From positions 1 to 64,000 of the IMG/VR virus record IMGVR_UViG_3300027970_002011: a stretch of 64,000 bases of DNA. One strand, given 5' to 3'. The position numbers and the translations under genes were made by a program. The stretch comes from a virus. Shown piece after piece: positions 49,355-59,400 of the stretch. Below the pieces are notes generated by a model. It had not been told where the DNA came from and did not search any database. It saw only the letters and a list, made by a program, of their open reading frames with translations. The number at the start of each line of letters is the position of its first letter. Positions within the stretch are counted from its first letter, which is position 1.

Positions 49355-49557
49355 TCTGGCATTGCAAATTCTGAGTTGATGTGACCACAACTGTCACACT
49401 TATAGATTGGGAACGGCACAATTCCGTCGTTCATTGAACCAGTCATAAGTTTAGACACTTTTTTGAATTGGAATGCTTCAACAAAAGTGGTGTTTTCACA
49501 CTGTTCACATTTAAGTGTTTCAGCGGTTTTTAGATTTATAGTTAATTTTTGTTCCAT
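49351..49557 (-). CDS. Zinc-ribbon protein
   Basis: CEQC...CDSCGH. Confidence 0.75.
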   Translation of the reverse strand: MEQKLTINLKTAETLKCEQCENTTFVEAFQFKKVSKLMTGSMNDGIVPFPIYKCDSCGHINSEFAMPE

Positions 49558-49561
49558 ATTA

Positions 49562-50434
49562 TTAGAAATTTTCAATTTTTGTTATCATTTGTTTCATGAC
49601 TTGCTCAATCATATTAATAACATTATCTTGGTTCTCACCATCGTGTCGTGTTACAATTTTCAAATCTTTTTTAAGTTCATCCAAATCCAAATTTTTAATC
49701 AGTCCAATTTTCTTGTCAACATTATTCTTAGCCTTACGATATTGAAACCTATTAAGAGCCTCCACACGAAATATAAAAATGAATTTAGACAAGTCTTCAT
49801 ATTCCCACCCGTTTTTGTTAACCAAATGGTCTTCAATCGCACTATCTATCTGATTGTATATTTGGACAGTACCACCAAGAGCATTTTGAGTTTCCTCGGT
49901 AAAGAATGCCAATTTATTGTAATTACTATTCTTCTGCTCACCCTTTCTAATTAGATAAGCTAAGAAACCATTCTTAGAATATCTTACAAAAGAAAAGTTA
50001 TCAGTTTTTGCCGCAGTACACCACTTTGTATTAGAACCATATTTTAAAGAACCTATTTTAGTTAAAGGCTCCAAAAACAAATAATTCTTATCCTCATAGA
50101 GAATACGTATGTGTTCATCACGATTGAACTCAGAATCAAATTTTTTATTTCTAGCAGTTTCAACAACAGACAATAATGTTTGCCAAGATTTATATTTTTC
50201 ATGATACAAATCTTTTTCTTCAATCAAATGAATGTATAATTCAAAATCTTTTACCGTATCAATAATTTCTCTACTAACATAGTTTAGATTTTCGTTTTTT
50301 CTATTGACCCACATACTACAAAAGTATCTCAAATACTTTGTGGTTTGAGTGTAGTCTGCATTGGAAAACTTATTAAACATCACCTTCCCAATCTGTGACT
50401 CATATTGTTGTCTTAATTCATCTCTCTTAGACAT
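49562..50434 (-). CDS. Protein with WCT (PcfJ-like) domain
   Basis: GSLKYGSNTKWCTAA...F.RY...G.LAYLI, similar to the domain in 29883..31214. Confidence 0.7.
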   Translation of the reverse strand: MSKRDELRQQYESQIGKVMFNKFSNADYTQTTKYLRYFCSMWVNRKNENLNYVSREIIDTVKDFELYIHLIEEKDLYHEKYKSWQTLLSVVETARNKKFDSEFNRDEHIRILYEDKNYLFLEPLTKIGSLKYGSNTKWCTAAKTDNFSFVRYSKNGFLAYLIRKGEQKNSNYNKLAFFTEETQNALGGTVQIYNQIDSAIEDHLVNKNGWEYEDLSKFIFIFRVEALNRFQYRKAKNNVDKKIGLIKNLDLDELKKDLKIVTRHDGENQDNVINMIEQVMKQMITKIENF

Positions 50435-50469
50435 AACTTAATTTTTTATAAAAAATACAAAACTTTTTT

Positions 50470-51330
50470 TTACTTACCAAGTATTGTTTTCATATTCATG
50501 TTCATAATCGTTGACATAATATCTTTTGGAACTCGGAACTCTTGATAGGTCTCATCGTCCTTGAGTAATACCACAATACATCCCAGTAGTTTGATGTTCT
50601 CATATTTTGTCCCTTCCAACATCTTAACCAATAACTTACCGTAAAAAGGTAGTTGAAGATAGTAGTGACCCAATGCGTTGTTTGGGTATGAATCAAACGG
50701 AGCATACATTGATTTTGTAAACCTATTGGTTTCAAAGTTTTTTTCTTTATTTGTCTTCCAATCCGTAATCAACAAACCAAACTCATCACCTTTAGCATTC
50801 GTAGTCAACCATACCTTGTCAGGTTGCCCTGTATATCCCAACTCAGGATGACCCAACACCATTTCCGTATCTAACAAAACCAAACCTCGTTGTTCTGACA
50901 AATCAAGGTAATGTTTACCAGCACGAATCATGGAGTCACTTTTCGCTTGAGCAAAAATGTCACATTCAAAAACAGGTTGACGAACTTCCTTATAACCCCC
51001 ATTTCGGGCGATGGTCTCAGTTTCCAAATGAAAGTGAGTTCTACTTCCCAAGTTGGTGGATTCAAGTCCAAGTTGTTTCCACTCTTCCATCAAACGTTCG
51101 GATTCAATGTAATCACCACCAGCCTTTTTCAAAGCAGCTTCTTCAGTTGGGAACTCATCATAAAACTTCTTTAACACCTTTGATACTGATGGGAAGTTAT
51201 CACGGACGTTACCATCCAAATCTTTCATCAAGTATTTGTGTTCATCTTCAAAGAACTCTAATCCAAATTCTTCTCGTTTCTTCTCAATAATCAAACGGAT
51301 GTCTTCCGCAGTCTCGTTTAGGTTTATCAT
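50470..51330 (-). CDS. PD-(D/E)xK exonuclease
   Basis: PSVSKVL, GSRTH, TGQPD, DWKTNK, YYLQL. Confidence 0.88.
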   Translation of the reverse strand: MINLNETAEDIRLIIEKKREEFGLEFFEDEHKYLMKDLDGNVRDNFPSVSKVLKKFYDEFPTEEAALKKAGGDYIESERLMEEWKQLGLESTNLGSRTHFHLETETIARNGGYKEVRQPVFECDIFAQAKSDSMIRAGKHYLDLSEQRGLVLLDTEMVLGHPELGYTGQPDKVWLTTNAKGDEFGLLITDWKTNKEKNFETNRFTKSMYAPFDSYPNNALGHYYLQLPFYGKLLVKMLEGTKYENIKLLGCIVVLLKDDETYQEFRVPKDIMSTIMNMNMKTILGK

Positions 51331-52241
51331 TTTATTTCGTAGTAGTATTCGTCAATCTTGCCTTTTAAGTCACATACGTCCTTATCCTTCGGCAATTTAA
51401 GGATTTTAATTTTATTATACAAGCGTCCACCATTTAAATTGTGATAGACTCTAAGTGCGTTCTCCCAAGCGTCACCATCCAAACAAATATGAATATCACC
51501 CTGTACCTTTTCATATAGGGTGGTAAACAAATTCTCAGATAACATCTTTCCTAGCATAGGGATTGGGTTGGGTAAAAAGAAACCGTCAAACACACCTTCA
51601 CAAAGATACACATCTTTTGTCCAATCTATTCTACTTTCGTTAAAAATAATTTCATCTTTTGGAACTGATGGGTTTTTGTATTTCATTTTCTTTGGTGTCC
51701 ACGCCCTGGCAATAAAGTAATTCAATTTGCCATCCATGTCATATGACGGAACAATAATCCTGTAGGCATAATCACCGGTAACTGTATATCCAATGTCGTA
51801 TTTCTGAATTATCTCATCAGTGATACCACGAGAATAAAGATAGGTAATCGCCTCACGGTGTGGTATAAACCTTATGTTAGAGTCTTCAAACTTTTTATAA
51901 CCTTCAGGGAGTCGTGCCCATACTTTTGGTTTTTCTCTAACAAACTCTTCAGATGGACGGATAAGTTCGTATGTCTTCTTTTGTTGTTTGGTTCCAAAAT
52001 GGTCAAGTAACTTACCGAGGGGTCCTTGGGTTCCGTTAGTTTCGGAACAAGCCCAACATTTGTAAACCCCTCGGATGTAATTGATTTCCAAGTTACCCTT
52101 ACCATCAGACTCAAGACCCTTTTCTTGGGCACATACGGGACAGTCAAAAGATATCTGTCCCTTTGACTCATAGTGCTGTTTCTCATTACCTAATACGTCA
52201 ATGAGAAGTTCTACTATTACCTCGTTTTCTTGAGTCATCAT
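51327..52241 (-). CDS. DNA primase (Zn finger plus TOPRIM)
   Basis: CPVC...CWAC, YLYSRGI, CEGVFDG, CLDGDA, KDVCD. Confidence 0.93.
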   Translation of the reverse strand: MMTQENEVIVELLIDVLGNEKQHYESKGQISFDCPVCAQEKGLESDGKGNLEINYIRGVYKCWACSETNGTQGPLGKLLDHFGTKQQKKTYELIRPSEEFVREKPKVWARLPEGYKKFEDSNIRFIPHREAITYLYSRGITDEIIQKYDIGYTVTGDYAYRIIVPSYDMDGKLNYFIARAWTPKKMKYKNPSVPKDEIIFNESRIDWTKDVYLCEGVFDGFFLPNPIPMLGKMLSENLFTTLYEKVQGDIHICLDGDAWENALRVYHNLNGGRLYNKIKILKLPKDKDVCDLKGKIDEYYYEIK

Positions 52242-52263
52242 TTAAAGATAGTAAACTTCACTA

Positions 52264-52644
52264 TCAATTCCAAATAATATTTTTGATTTTGATTGTACCA
52301 TACGATTTCACATCCAAACCAACAAGCTCACAAAATGACTCTACTGAATCTTCAAGTCTCCTTCTAAAAAATTTATTCAGTTTAACCTTGGATATACCAT
52401 TTTGACTAAGAATCTCACTACTTAACCAATTACTTCCACTACCCACACTAGCATAAATTTTACCTTCAAAAATTATGTCCACCTCATGAAAAAAAGGCGC
52501 CCAACTCCATTCGGTTTTGTACTTACGAACTTTTTTAATTTTAAGTTTACCATCGACATGACTGTTACTAACCATAACACCTCTTCTGTTTATTTTTTGA
52601 ATCAGAGTGTTTAGTTTTTGGTCCTTAATGAGTTCTTTTTTCAT
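52264..52644 (-). CDS. Hypothetical protein
   Basis: 126-aa ORF; TACCTTTG element at 52649-52656. Confidence 0.7.
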   Translation of the reverse strand: MKKELIKDQKLNTLIQKINRRGVMVSNSHVDGKLKIKKVRKYKTEWSWAPFFHEVDIIFEGKIYASVGSGSNWLSSEILSQNGISKVKLNKFFRRRLEDSVESFCELVGLDVKSYGTIKIKNIIWN

Positions 52645-52672
52645 ACCTCAAAGGTATGCCAAGTTTGTTAAA

Positions 52673-53269
52673 CTACCAAATTTTTTCTGTATTCATATAA
52701 CCAAGAACACAGGTATATGAATCGCTCATATCAAAATTTTCTTTCTTAAGTGTGTTGTTCTTAGTATAGAGCCAAGTAATTTGTGGTTCTTTTTTGGCAA
52801 CTTGTTGCCAAATGATTTCTTTCTTGTCGGCGTTTTTGGGATACCCGCCAAATAAAACAAACTTGTTCTTATCGTTCTTTTGAACTAATTCAGGAAATGC
52901 CGCCTTACGAGCATTGTAAGTTGAAATAAGTTCAGGTATAACACCCAACACATCCCAAACCTCTTTACAGATTAGAGTATTGTATCTCATAAGAGTTCCT
53001 ACAGTATAAACATTATTTGAGTTCAACAATGGTTCCTCAATAATAACTTTGGTAATACCAAAATCTTTATACTCAATTAATTTTTGACGAACAATTTCAC
53101 TCTTACGAATTAGTTCTTCAATCTTATTTTCACTCTTTGGTTTTGGTACCGGTGATACGTGCGTTAATTCCAATAATTGTTGGGATGGTATATCAAAAAG
53201 TGCAATACCGATTGTTTTAGTACTTACATCTAAACCAAGTACTTTTGGTGTGTTTTGGAATTTTGCCAT
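52673..53269 (-). CDS. RuvC-like Holliday junction resolvase
   Basis: LGLDVSTKTIG, VIIEEP, DMSDS. Confidence 0.85.
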   Translation of the reverse strand: MAKFQNTPKVLGLDVSTKTIGIALFDIPSQQLLELTHVSPVPKPKSENKIEELIRKSEIVRQKLIEYKDFGITKVIIEEPLLNSNNVYTVGTLMRYNTLICKEVWDVLGVIPELISTYNARKAAFPELVQKNDKNKFVLFGGYPKNADKKEIIWQQVAKKEPQITWLYTKNNTLKKENFDMSDSYTCVLGYMNTEKIW

Positions 53270-53270
53270 A

Positions 53271-55460
53271 TTAAAAGTCTAACTTCACTACAAACTGTTG
53301 AATACCCTGTCTTTTAACGGGAGATTGTAGCTTAGAAATAACTATAAGGTCTTTGGCGGAATCGTAAAGTCCAATTTCCGTAATATATGGATTTGTACCT
53401 AACACATACGATGGATTTGATGAAGAAGTGAACTGATTTTGTCCCAAATTAATCAAATACTTCATTTCATAAATGGTTGCTTGAATATCCGTTTCTAAAT
53501 TACCATAGAAGAAATACTCATCACCAAAGTTCAAAACATTTGGTTCATTTAACTCAGGTAAGTCAATATAGTTTGCCAAGTTGTAAGTTGTTGCTCCTGT
53601 GTAATCTTCAAGTGATACTTGGAACACTTGACCTGTCACACCACTTACAGGAATAAATCCATTAACCAAAGTTATCTGACTTGTTACATCAATTTCTTTC
53701 CATGCAGTAGCACTTGGTTTTGTGTCACCCGATATTTTCTGAACCAACAACTTCATTGAAGTTGCGGTAAATCCTGTTAGTGGGTCTTCACCCATAAACG
53801 GAAACTCATCTCCGAATCTAACTGCAACATTCTGTGAAATTGTACCAACAGTTTTAATAGGTCCTGAAATCTTAGAGTAGTAATTACAATGTAATGAGTC
53901 TGTGAATCCTGTGGTATCAAATCTATATGTTAACCATAGTTTATCAGCTTCGTTATTTAATATACCTGTAGATGTCTCATCAGTGAAACAAGAGTTTGGT
54001 GTTAATAAACTTAATTGTGGTGCGGGTAATGTCCAATTTCTATTTGCTTTATATGACATCGCAGCAATAACTTCCTCATCATCAATAATCACAATTTCTT
54101 GGTCAGGGAAGACTTTACCAATACGATTCAAATTACCATTAGCATTTGCATTTAAATCATATAAATGATAGTATCTAATACCCGGGTCATTCATGTCAAG
54201 ATTCTCAGTTGACTTTATGTATTGAGGATAACACAAGTCATAACCTGGAGGGTCAATATAAAACACTTCACCAATTGTAGTTCCTGTGGTTTTGTGCCAC
54301 ATCAATGTTGGAATTGTCAATTTAAAACTTCTTGCTAATCCTGGGTCAGTTGTTGGGTTCTGTGGGTCAAACGGATTTGTTGCAAATTTCTCACCATAAA
54401 CATTATCAATAGATTGATTTGTGTAGTGAATAATTGCAATGGCTTTTTGTTCTCTTGGTTCAACAATAATTTTATCGTTAAATGAATTGTAGTAGAACGT
54501 AGAACTTGTATCAGTTTGACCACTATTTTGTTGGTAACCCAAATATTCTTTAGTCCCAATATAATCCACCGAACCATAATATGGATATGACTCATAAATG
54601 TTTGAGAATACACCCGCAGGGCTTTCACTCCATGGAATATTCATATTCCAAATAGGTGTTATCTCACGTTGGGATACATCACACGGACTTTCAAAATTAA
54701 ATGAATCGTTTTGCCAATAAGGTGCCGGTGTTACAGTATCATACAACTGAGTCATTCCTGAAGGGTAAATTAAAACTCTACCAATGGTTCCGCCAGGTAA
54801 ACTTGAATAATCAGGTACCGACCTATCCAAAGTCAAATTCCAAGTTGTTGTTCCTGTAGTTCCTGTCGTAGGGTTTAAACTAACAATTTGATAAGTTAAA
54901 ATTGGTGATGTTGTGAATTCTCCAGTATTACTACCATTACCATCCAAATACATAACGATGATATCACCAATACTTGGTGTTCCTGATGTGGTCGCCGCAA
55001 AATCATAATTAATAGTTACACCACTTGTTTGACCCGTTAAGGTTCCCATATCAACAATATAATTTGATGTTACGGTATAGGCCGATGAAGTTTGTGCTGA
55101 GAAGGGATATGATGAACCTGTGAAAAATCCTAAAGGCGATTGTGAATTGTAAATAGGTTCAACTTGAGCATCCATAAATGGAATACCATATGTGTTACCT
55201 GAAGTACCATCAACATATAACGGGTATTTAATATTTTGTTTGTTTGATTGTGGTGAACCGGTATCATTTTGAGCATTAAATGCCGGCATTAAAATACTAT
55301 TATTTGTTAAATTATAATTCGGTACTGCAGTATAATTAACCTCACTATCACCGATTGAAAAATATGATACTACGAAATTACCCTGCGATATATTTCTTCT
55401 ACCAACATCAGTGATTCTTGTGTTGATTAACCCCGCGGTATTTTTGATAATGTATGCCAT
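53271..55460 (-). CDS. Virion structural protein (tail/baseplate-associated)
   Basis: Beta-rich; N-terminal TDVGRR...YFSIGDSEVNY and C-terminal ITEIGLYD...ISKLQSPV resemble tail-collar-type motifs. Confidence 0.7.
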   Translation of the reverse strand: MAYIIKNTAGLINTRITDVGRRNISQGNFVVSYFSIGDSEVNYTAVPNYNLTNNSILMPAFNAQNDTGSPQSNKQNIKYPLYVDGTSGNTYGIPFMDAQVEPIYNSQSPLGFFTGSSYPFSAQTSSAYTVTSNYIVDMGTLTGQTSGVTINYDFAATTSGTPSIGDIIVMYLDGNGSNTGEFTTSPILTYQIVSLNPTTGTTGTTTWNLTLDRSVPDYSSLPGGTIGRVLIYPSGMTQLYDTVTPAPYWQNDSFNFESPCDVSQREITPIWNMNIPWSESPAGVFSNIYESYPYYGSVDYIGTKEYLGYQQNSGQTDTSSTFYYNSFNDKIIVEPREQKAIAIIHYTNQSIDNVYGEKFATNPFDPQNPTTDPGLARSFKLTIPTLMWHKTTGTTIGEVFYIDPPGYDLCYPQYIKSTENLDMNDPGIRYYHLYDLNANANGNLNRIGKVFPDQEIVIIDDEEVIAAMSYKANRNWTLPAPQLSLLTPNSCFTDETSTGILNNEADKLWLTYRFDTTGFTDSLHCNYYSKISGPIKTVGTISQNVAVRFGDEFPFMGEDPLTGFTATSMKLLVQKISGDTKPSATAWKEIDVTSQITLVNGFIPVSGVTGQVFQVSLEDYTGATTYNLANYIDLPELNEPNVLNFGDEYFFYGNLETDIQATIYEMKYLINLGQNQFTSSSNPSYVLGTNPYITEIGLYDSAKDLIVISKLQSPVKRQGIQQFVVKLDF

Positions 55461-55486
55461 CTATATTAAATACTTACAAAGAAATT

Positions 55487-57475
55487 TTATACCCCACCGC
55501 CAGCTTGATTAGCCCCAAGAGCATGTTGCATTATTGCCGTTCCTTCACTATTCACAACTGAACAACAAATACATCCTGAGATAGATTGATTTGTGGTTGA
55601 TACTGTCACATTTTGTTTAATAACTGTTGAACATCCTTGGACATTTCTTGGTAGAGTAACTTCCATGTCAGATACTGATGTACCGCTAACAACATCATTA
55701 TAACCCATCGTAATTGTTGTATAGGTTGAAACATCAACGGTTTGAGTTTGTGTATTTGGTGAACAATATGGTCTATTAGTTGTTGATGAACTTGATACTG
55801 GTGTAGTTGTTAATGTTGTGTTGTTTTTCTTAACCACATTTGTATAATCAATTATACCGTCACCAGGTCTTTGAACCAATTGGTCGTTATTAATTAACAA
55901 ATCAAATGTGATTTGTGTACCTTGTGGGATTGGTGGTATAATATTAACCTTCCAAGTCATTGACTCTTGATTTACTCCAATTGGATTTGATAGTTTCTGA
56001 ACACCAATACTATAAGTTGTAACCGATGCTTGGTTTGCAACTGTTGTTACTTGAGAGTACTCATCACCATTTGAATCTTTTACCACAACACTATAACTTC
56101 CACCACACAAATCAGAGAATATGTTTGATGTTTGGTATGTTGTTCCATTGTTAATAGAATATTGGTAAGGTCCTGTTCCTCCAATCGGATTAATTAAGAT
56201 TGAACCGTTACAAACTGCTTCACAGTCTGCCAAACTTGTAAGAATTTGTGCCGATAAGAATACCGCAGTTGCACATGATTCATCCTGAACACTAACAGTT
56301 GCAGGAATTTCTGAACCAACTGAATACCAACCACTCAATGGTGGTACTGTTGGTGATTGTGAGTTAAGTGTTCCACCATATGCTGTGTATCCACTCGTTA
56401 CCCACACACCTTGAGTTGGGTTCCATACAACATTGTATCCTGAACCATTTGTCCATGATGGTTTACCATTGACAACACCATTTGGTGTAAATTCAATTTG
56501 AACAGGAACTTGTTCTTGCCAAATAATATTAAAACAAAGTGTTGGATAAACTGGTGATGGTGTTGGTGTATTTGTTGGTGTAAGTGTTGGCGTTGGTGTT
56601 GGTGACGGAACTATCATTGAACATGTTGTAGTCGCTGTAAAATCACCATAAAAATCAACAACAGTTACTGTGTATTCACCCCCATCTAAATTAAATAGGT
56701 ATGGTGTTTTTTGTCCACCCTCCCAAGTAATATTATAAGGAGCAGTTCCACCTGTTATTCTCAAATATAATTTTCCATCGTAACTTGTTGAAGACGATGG
56801 GTTGGTTCCATAACATTCAACCCCAAGTGGAAACAATGTAATTACATCACAATTGTTCGCTAATTTTGTAAAGGATTGATTACTTGGAGTAATCGTTGGA
56901 GTAGGTGTTAAAGTTGGTGTGGGTGTTGGTGTCTTTGTATTTGTCGGTGTTGGTGTAAGAGTATTTGTTGCCGTTATTGAAGGTGTGGGTGTTGGTGTTA
57001 CACAAGACGTTGACGCTGGTACCCCCAATTTAACAACACCGTTGTATGGCTTTGTGTAATCAAAAATAATTGCGGTTTCTTCTCCGTTTCCTTCTTGAAA
57101 CACTCCACAACAATCATAATAATAGTATTGTCCTGTTGTATAACCTGAACCACAAACTATTAATGTTGGTGTTGGTGTGTGGTTTGGGGTTCTTGTTGGG
57201 AATGGACTTGGGGTAAACGAAGGTTCAGGAGTTTCCTCACAAGGATAAAGTAATATACCCTCAAAATTAATATAACCTGTTCCACCATTTTCAATATAGA
57301 CATCCTCAGAATCTGAGTAAGCACCGTTCTCTAAACAACCACAAACACTTGAAAATTGTCCCGCACCAATAACATGACTTTCAAGAGATAAGGTGGTACA
57401 ATTATAGGTATAATAAATCTGATTTACATCAGAATTATTCCATACCATCCATCTAACACAAGTTGTACAAGCCAT
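55487..57475 (-). CDS. Structural protein with Cys modules, TP linkers and two SprB-like repeats
   Basis: GGTAPYNITW...LDGGEYTVTVVD and GGTGPYQYSINNG...LCGGSYSVVVKDSNG. Confidence 0.75.
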   Translation of the reverse strand: MACTTCVRWMVWNNSDVNQIYYTYNCTTLSLESHVIGAGQFSSVCGCLENGAYSDSEDVYIENGGTGYINFEGILLYPCEETPEPSFTPSPFPTRTPNHTPTPTLIVCGSGYTTGQYYYYDCCGVFQEGNGEETAIIFDYTKPYNGVVKLGVPASTSCVTPTPTPSITATNTLTPTPTNTKTPTPTPTLTPTPTITPSNQSFTKLANNCDVITLFPLGVECYGTNPSSSTSYDGKLYLRITGGTAPYNITWEGGQKTPYLFNLDGGEYTVTVVDFYGDFTATTTCSMIVPSPTPTPTLTPTNTPTPSPVYPTLCFNIIWQEQVPVQIEFTPNGVVNGKPSWTNGSGYNVVWNPTQGVWVTSGYTAYGGTLNSQSPTVPPLSGWYSVGSEIPATVSVQDESCATAVFLSAQILTSLADCEAVCNGSILINPIGGTGPYQYSINNGTTYQTSNIFSDLCGGSYSVVVKDSNGDEYSQVTTVANQASVTTYSIGVQKLSNPIGVNQESMTWKVNIIPPIPQGTQITFDLLINNDQLVQRPGDGIIDYTNVVKKNNTTLTTTPVSSSSTTNRPYCSPNTQTQTVDVSTYTTITMGYNDVVSGTSVSDMEVTLPRNVQGCSTVIKQNVTVSTTNQSISGCICCSVVNSEGTAIMQHALGANQAGGGV

Positions 57476-58122
57476 CAGGGACAAATAATAAAGTCAATTA
57501 TGATTCCTGTTGAATCTATTTGTACCGCGTATGTATTAGCACCAAATGTCATTTTTCTCCACCTATTAATTTGATTTACCGGATTGTATAAAACACCCCC
57601 AAGATTTGTTGAATAAACCTCCGCACCCAATACAGGTATTGTTGGTGTATCAACATAATAAGTATAGTATTGAGTCACCAAAAGTGAATCATCACAAACA
57701 CCTGAAGAACCAACATATAAATTAGCACCTATGGTGTGTCCATAAACTAATGGAGTTGGAGTTGGAGTAGGTGTTTTAGTTGGCGTTGGAGTCGGTGATG
57801 CAACTACACTGGTTGATACAGTTGGTGTAACAGTTGGTGTCACCGTTTTAGTTGGTGTTGGAGTTGCCGTCTTAGTTGGTGTTGGCGTTTGTGTGGGCGT
57901 TGGAGTTGGTGTTATGGCAACTGTATGATAAACTATACAACCAGCAACGTCCACAACTTTAATTATAAAATTTTCTGTAGCATATGTGTCATCAACTTCA
58001 AACACATATGGTGCATTTGCAACAGTTGAGACATAGGTACAACTACCACTTAAAGCATCACAAACATACACATCAAAAGGTGTGTTAGCTGTAATTGTAG
58101 TTATTTCTATATTAACTGGCAT
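57475..58122 (-). CDS. Thr/Pro-linker structural protein
   Basis: N-domain PFDVYVCD...C; (TP)n linker. Confidence 0.75.
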   Translation of the reverse strand: MPVNIEITTITANTPFDVYVCDALSGSCTYVSTVANAPYVFEVDDTYATENFIIKVVDVAGCIVYHTVAITPTPTPTQTPTPTKTATPTPTKTVTPTVTPTVSTSVVASPTPTPTKTPTPTPTPLVYGHTIGANLYVGSSGVCDDSLLVTQYYTYYVDTPTIPVLGAEVYSTNLGGVLYNPVNQINRWRKMTFGANTYAVQIDSTGIIIDFIICP

Positions 58123-58139
58123 CAGTTATAAATAATATT

Positions 58140-59399
58140 TTATTGGTATTTTATGTATACCGGTTGATTAACAACAAAATTTATTGGTGAACCCGAAATC
58201 AATACAAGTTGTCCCGCTTGAAGTGGTGCTGTTTCATCATGGAAGAAGTTAGAACCATCAACCGCGAAACTATTTGTATTACCACTATAAGTTGCCGTAG
58301 CACCACTTTGAGAGAATGATATTGAATAAGAACTTGTTGTTAACAAGTTGGAATAATAACTGTATCTGCTTGTACCACTAATGTCAACATAACTCCAATA
58401 AACCGCTCTATCAGAAATTCCGAATTGATTTGGTGTTGTAATACCTGTTGATGTTATGTAGTTTAAGAACACTGTTTCACCGGTAGGTGGAGTGTTAAAA
58501 TTCGTATTCAAATCATACGCAAAACCAAGTAATGGTCCTCCTGATGGAGTTACCGTTGGTGTTGGTGTAGTACTCGGACTAAGACCAGGTGTTACTGACG
58601 GTGTTGGTGTGGGCGATTGAGTCGCCTCAGGAGTTATTGAAGGTGTTACCGAAGATGTTGGTGTAGGACTAACAATCAAGGAACTAGTCGGAGTAATAGT
58701 GTTTGTTGGAGTAACTGATGGACTTACTGTTATACTCGGTGTAATTGTTTGAGTTGGTGTTAAAGAATTTGTCGGAGTTACTGTTGGTGTTACTGTAACT
58801 GTTGAAGTTGTCGTTATTGTTGGAGTTGGTGTTTGAGTTGATGTTGGTGTTTGAGTTGGAGTTTCAGTTGGGGTTGGGGTTTGAGTCGCTGTTTGTGAAG
58901 GTGTGTTAGTTGGTGTGTATGTTGGAGTAACTGTAGGAGTTGGTGTCTTACTTGTTGTTGGAGTAAGTGAGTTTGTTGGCGTTACTGTAGGTGTTAACGA
59001 GTTCGTGGGGGTTGAAGTTTTAGTAGGTGTAACGGTTGGAGTTGAAGTTTTGGTTACAGTTGGTGTCGGTGTTTGTGTTGTAGTACTAGTTGGTGTTACA
59101 GTGTTTGTTGGTGTGAGTGATGGAGTTAAACTTATTGACGGTGTAACAGTCGGCGTTGGTGTTGGAGTTACGGTATATGCAATTGATGTGATACCTGTTA
59201 TCACACAATTTTCATCATCCACAACTTTAACCATGTAACTATCACCATTGTTGTACGGTGATGGTATATCAAATATGTATGGTAAATCGCCAGTCACAAT
59301 AGTTGATATGTAAAAGCATGAGGTACCACCACTTTGACAGATATAAACATCATATGGTGACGTTCCTGTAAGAGAATTGATTGTAACTTTTATTGCCAT
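58140..59399 (-). CDS. Thr/Pro-rich mucin-like structural protein
   Basis: N-domain PYDVYICQ...C, paralogous to the neighbour; about 210-aa T/P/S tract. Confidence 0.8.
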   Translation of the reverse strand: MAIKVTINSLTGTSPYDVYICQSGGTSCFYISTIVTGDLPYIFDIPSPYNNGDSYMVKVVDDENCVITGITSIAYTVTPTPTPTVTPSISLTPSLTPTNTVTPTSTTTQTPTPTVTKTSTPTVTPTKTSTPTNSLTPTVTPTNSLTPTTSKTPTPTVTPTYTPTNTPSQTATQTPTPTETPTQTPTSTQTPTPTITTTSTVTVTPTVTPTNSLTPTQTITPSITVSPSVTPTNTITPTSSLIVSPTPTSSVTPSITPEATQSPTPTPSVTPGLSPSTTPTPTVTPSGGPLLGFAYDLNTNFNTPPTGETVFLNYITSTGITTPNQFGISDRAVYWSYVDISGTSRYSYYSNLLTTSSYSISFSQSGATATYSGNTNSFAVDGSNFFHDETAPLQAGQLVLISGSPINFVVNQPVYIKYQ

Positions 59400-59400
59400 T

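Noticed and set aside
50470-51330. Cas4 or CRISPR adaptation gene
   Set aside because: No four-Cys Fe-S motif; it sits beside primase as an ordinary phage exonuclease.
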